Assembly: GCF_006345805.1 (NCBI RefSeq)
Contig: NW_021832572.1
Coordinates: 1-56,508, forward strand
Direction: 5' to 3'
Length of the DNA stretch: 56,508 nt
DNA from: Octopus sinensis
Taxonomy: Eukaryota
The notes beneath the pieces were generated by a model. It saw only the letters and a program-made list of their open reading frames with translations. It did no database searches and was not told the origin of the DNA. A program made the position numbers and the translations under genes. Position 1 is the first letter of the stretch; the number at the start of each line of letters is the position of its first letter. Of the stretch, positions 52,511-56,508 are shown one piece after another.

Positions 52511-54444
52511 ATAACCAAAGATCAGCTGAGGAGAAGTGGGCCATTGAAAAAATCAAACTCAACCCCAAAGTGTTCTTTCATTGCGAGGAGGAAACGCAGG
52601 GTCACTGTCTCCACTGTAGGCCCTCTAATTGACGAAACTGGCACTCTCCAAGATAATGCAAATCCATGGCCGAGATACTGGCAGAAACAATACTGCTCTG
52701 TTTTCAGCAATCCTGATATGGCCGATCTGGGCTGTATCAGTGATGTCAACCCCCAACACACTATATCGGACAAACGTTAGTGCCCCTGATGTCTTAGCGG
52801 CGATAAACGAAATAAAACACAATTCAGCAGTAGCCCCGATAGGTTCCCTGCTTGTGTCCTGAAGGTGTGTCGACACCAACTTGCATCTCCCCTTGCTAAT
52901 CTGTGGAGAAACTCACTGGATGCTGGCTATATTCCAAAAAACCTTCTGTCCCAGTCTGTTGTCCCAGTTTTCAAAAAGGGAAACAAGTCCCTTGCAGTGA
53001 ATTACCGTCCGATCTCACTCACCTCTCATATCATCAAGGTATTTGAGAGGGTGGTGAGATCTCAAATAACCCAATTTCTGGAAAGCAACAGACGGCTGAT
53101 CTCCAACCAACATGGGTTCCGTAATGGAAGGGACTGCCTAACGCAGCTCCTGCATCACTTTGAGGACATTTTGAGAGCTTTGGGAGAGGGCTCCAACACC
53201 GATGTCATCTACCTTGATTTCAGTAAGGCCTTCGACAGGGTCGATCACAAGATCCTATTGAAAAAACTATCCAACATTGGTGTCTCTGGAAAGTTACTGA
53301 AATGGATTAAGTGTTTCCTGACAGACAGATCTCAACATGTTGTAGTTGAAGGGGTAAAATCAAGCCCAGCCAAAGTCAGTAGTGGCGTTCCGCAAGGCAC
53401 TGTGCTGGGCCCCCTTCTTTTCATCATTTACATTAATGACATTAATGACATCATCAAGCACAGCAACATAAAAATCTTTGCAGATGACCCAAGCTACAGA
53501 AGGTCATAAATGAGGCGAGTGACCGGACATGCCTTCAGTCAGATCTACTGGCTGTTATCCAATGGGCAGAAAAAAACAATATGCTGCTGAACGAGGATAA
53601 ATTTGAGCTAATCCACTTTGGAAAAGAGGATGCCCTGAAACTCCCATACTCCCTTCCTTCAGGTGAAACTCTCGCGGCGTCCAACAACATCAGAGACTTG
53701 GGAGTAATTGTGGACAACAACGTAAGCTGGGCCACTCATATAAACACCAAAGTTGACATGGCCCGCAGAATGTGTTCCTGGATTCTCAGAACTTTCCAGT
53801 CGAGAGATATCCACACCATTATCCTTCTCTTCTCCACTTTTGCCCGACCCCACCTTGAATACTGTTGTCCACTGTGGTCTCCCCACACAATACAAGGTAT
53901 CAAAAAAGTCGAAGCACCTCAAAGGGCAATCACAAAAAAGATAGATGCATGACAGGCCTCGACTATTGGGGCCGACTAGAAAAGCTAAAACTCTATTCTC
54001 TCCAACGTCGTCGTGAGCGCTACATCATCTGCATGATGTGGAAAATATTCCATCAGCATTGCCCAAATGATGTTGGCATCACCTTTAAGGTACATCCAAG
54101 GCTTGGGCCCCGTGCCATCCGCCCAAAACAAAAATCGCACTCTCATCTCATAACAACAATACGGCACATTATTTCACCTCAATTGGCCCCGCTTCTTTAA
54201 ACATTACACCAAAACACATTAAAACAGAAACTGACCCTATAGGGTTCAAGAAGTCTTTGGACAGATTCCTTCAAGAAATCCCGGATAAACCCCCTACACC
54301 CGGATATGTCTCTGTAAACAATAACTCTCTACTTGAGTGGGCCATAGTGCCCAAATTCTGACTTGAAAGACTTCACCAGGTGGTGCTATTAAGTTAGACA
54401 TGGCCTGGGCCAATAATGGCCGAAACCTATCAAAGTATCAAAGT
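52511..54444 (+). mobile_element. CR1-type LINE family B, 5'-truncated
   Basis: Close reverse complement of 39362-41300. GVPQG/FADD present. (ATCAAAGT)n tail. Confidence 0.95.
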
Positions 54445-54494
54445 ATGTATATATATACATATATATATATGTATATATACATATATATATACAT

Positions 54495-56508
54495 ATCCTT
54501 AAATCCTTAAAAATGTTTTAGCCCGAAGGCCGCGGCCATGCTGGGGCACCACCGCTGAATGAGCTACATTAGTTTGTGAATCCACCTCTGATACGTGGCA
54601 CTTGATCAACAAGGGAGTTCGATGCTGCTGCCCGCATCCGCGTCTCCTGTCGTGAGGTAGGTTCATCTGGGACTTCAAACAAGAAGAGATCCAGTTTAGT
54701 TTTAAAGAAACCCACATCCACACCATGTAAGTCTCTCAGGCATTTAGGGAGGATGTTAAAGAGCTGTGGTCCTCTGAAACCCAAGCTGTTGCAGTATCTG
54801 GACCTGTATTTGATGGTGATGTTGGAATCCTTGGCACCACGCAGCGGCGCCCCGCTCTGCGGTGCGAGTGTAAGTAACGTTGAATGCCAAAGTTTGGGAC
54901 AAGACCCTCCAGGATTTTCCAGATGTATATCACTGCATATCTCTCCCGCCTCCGCTCCAGGGAGAAGAGGTTTAATACCTTCAGTCTTTCCCAGTAGCTG
55001 ATATTTTGCATTGAGACGATTTTCTTTGTGTAGCTTCTCTGAATTGCTTCGAGTTCTGCTGTTTGTTTATATTGTGTGGTGACCAAGTTGGGAGCAGTAG
55101 TCCAAGCGGCTGAGGAACGAATGTTTTCCATAGGACCATCAGTGTCTCCTTCTCTCTTGTTCTGAAAGTTCGGAGAATCCATCCAGCTAGCCGTCTGCAT
55201 TTTATCACCAGATTAGCAATATGCATTTGGAAAGATGCATCATTGCTCATGTCACATGCCCAGGTCACGCCACTGATTTTGACTCAGGGATTGCAATTCT
55301 TCCTGGGCCAGTGTATCCAGTCTTCACGTCATTACCTTTGTTGTGTGCCAGTAGCGCAGGGCCTGGAACTTACCTGCATTAAACTGCATGTTGTTGGTCC
55401 TCAGCCCACCTGTATATTGTGGTCCAGCTCATGTTGCAGATGCGCAATATTTTCAGGGTTTTGTATTGCGTGGGAGACTTTTGTGTCATCTGCATAGCTA
55501 GCAAGGGTGGTCATCGTAGCACTGAAGGCATGTCTGAAAGGGCCACTATGAACATCAGTGGCCCCAAGACAGTGCCCTGTGGGACACCGCTTGTTATTTG
55601 CGTTTCCTTGGAGGTGGCTCCATTGCTCACCAGCTGCCTGTTTTCTGTCTTTTAGGAAATTGTGCAGCCCACTCTCCAAGTTTCCCGCCTATGCCGAGAC
55701 CACGCAGTTTGTGACAGATCATACCATGGTCGACTTTATCAAAGGCTTTTGCAAAGTCGAGATATATTACATTCAACATTTGAGCCATTTAGTAGCTGTT
55801 TCAACACCCAGTCATAGTGTGCAGGAGCTGTGTTAGGCAGCCTCTACCTGGTCGAAATCCATGCTGGGTGTCAGACAGCAAGTCATTTTCTTCAAGGAAC
55901 ATGATTAGTTTCTTACGGACTATTCGTCCATGACTTTGCTGATGTGTGAGGTCAGAGAGATAGGCCTATAATTTTAGCATCTGCTCTGCTACCTCCCTTA
56001 TGGATAGGGCATATACCCCCTCTTTCAATTTGACTGGGAGCTTACCACTTGCAAGAAAGCTCTGAAAAAGAAGCTGTAGCGGTTTTGCAAGGGCTCGTTT
56101 GCACGATTTGAGAAGGATCGCTGGGAATCCATCAGGTTCCAGCAGCTGAGTTGTGTCAATCTCATCAATGGCTAGTGTGATATCATCCTCTTCGATGTTG
56201 ATGTACTCAATTTTTGTCTCTTTGGCCGTAGGTAAAGTGGCAAAGAATTTTCTGGGTTGTTTACTTGCCTGTGTCCTAGAGGTGTAGTGAACACACTTTG
56301 GAACTGTTCGTTCAGTATTACACTTATCCTCGTGGGATTCCTGTGAGAGAGCCATCTTTTTGGAAGAGAGGTCCTATTCTCTGGTGCACTGTGGCTGTCT
56401 CTTTGGCAAACTTAAAGAAAGCTTTAGGGTTTGATTTTCTATTCTATTAACCCAAGCTTCTATTCTGCTCTCTCCTTTTCATGGGACTGATGTAGACTTT
56501 TCTCAGTT
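54495..56508 (-). mobile_element. CR1-type LINE family C, runs off the window edge
   Basis: Close reverse complement of about 46850-48830, with a few substitutions and many indels. Confidence 0.93.

Noticed and set aside
54395-54430. LINE tail ggcc-aataat-ggcc-GAAAC resembles half a hammerhead
   Set aside because: There is no CUGANGA core upstream and no stems I or III; better explained as the RT-recognition stem-loop.

Overview
Eukaryotic, very AT-rich and repeat-dominated genomic DNA. The SINE types and kilobase-long (TA)n/(TATG)n tracts resemble octopus/cephalopod DNA (inference, not verified). I find one host gene: three exons on the minus strand (24558-24204, 18853-18674, 15531-15287; 259 aa) encoding a signal peptide, a PAN/apple-like module and a C-type lectin domain. 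The rest is mobile DNA. There are ten CR1-type LINE copies or fragments from about three families, nearly all embedded in TA microsatellites; a decayed full-length Tx1/L1-clade LINE; an ORF1-only tandem derivative of that clade; three Penelope-like element (PLE) remnants; two tRNA-derived SINE families whose 3' tails match the local LINEs; several non-autonomous Helitrons; a rosa/DD41D-like Tc1/mariner; and a piggyBac end. The feature least explained by the ORF track is RNA structure. Six hammerhead ribozyme motifs occur: one textbook type I at 46417-46478, three homologous copies with an unusual 43-45 nt loop II, and two variant or decayed ones. Four long near-perfect palindromes also occur, three of them within about 300 bp of a hammerhead motif. 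All structure calls were made by eye. Many frameshifts, especially after 46 kb, may be consensus errors. The many Y/I-rich ORFs are microsatellite artefacts.
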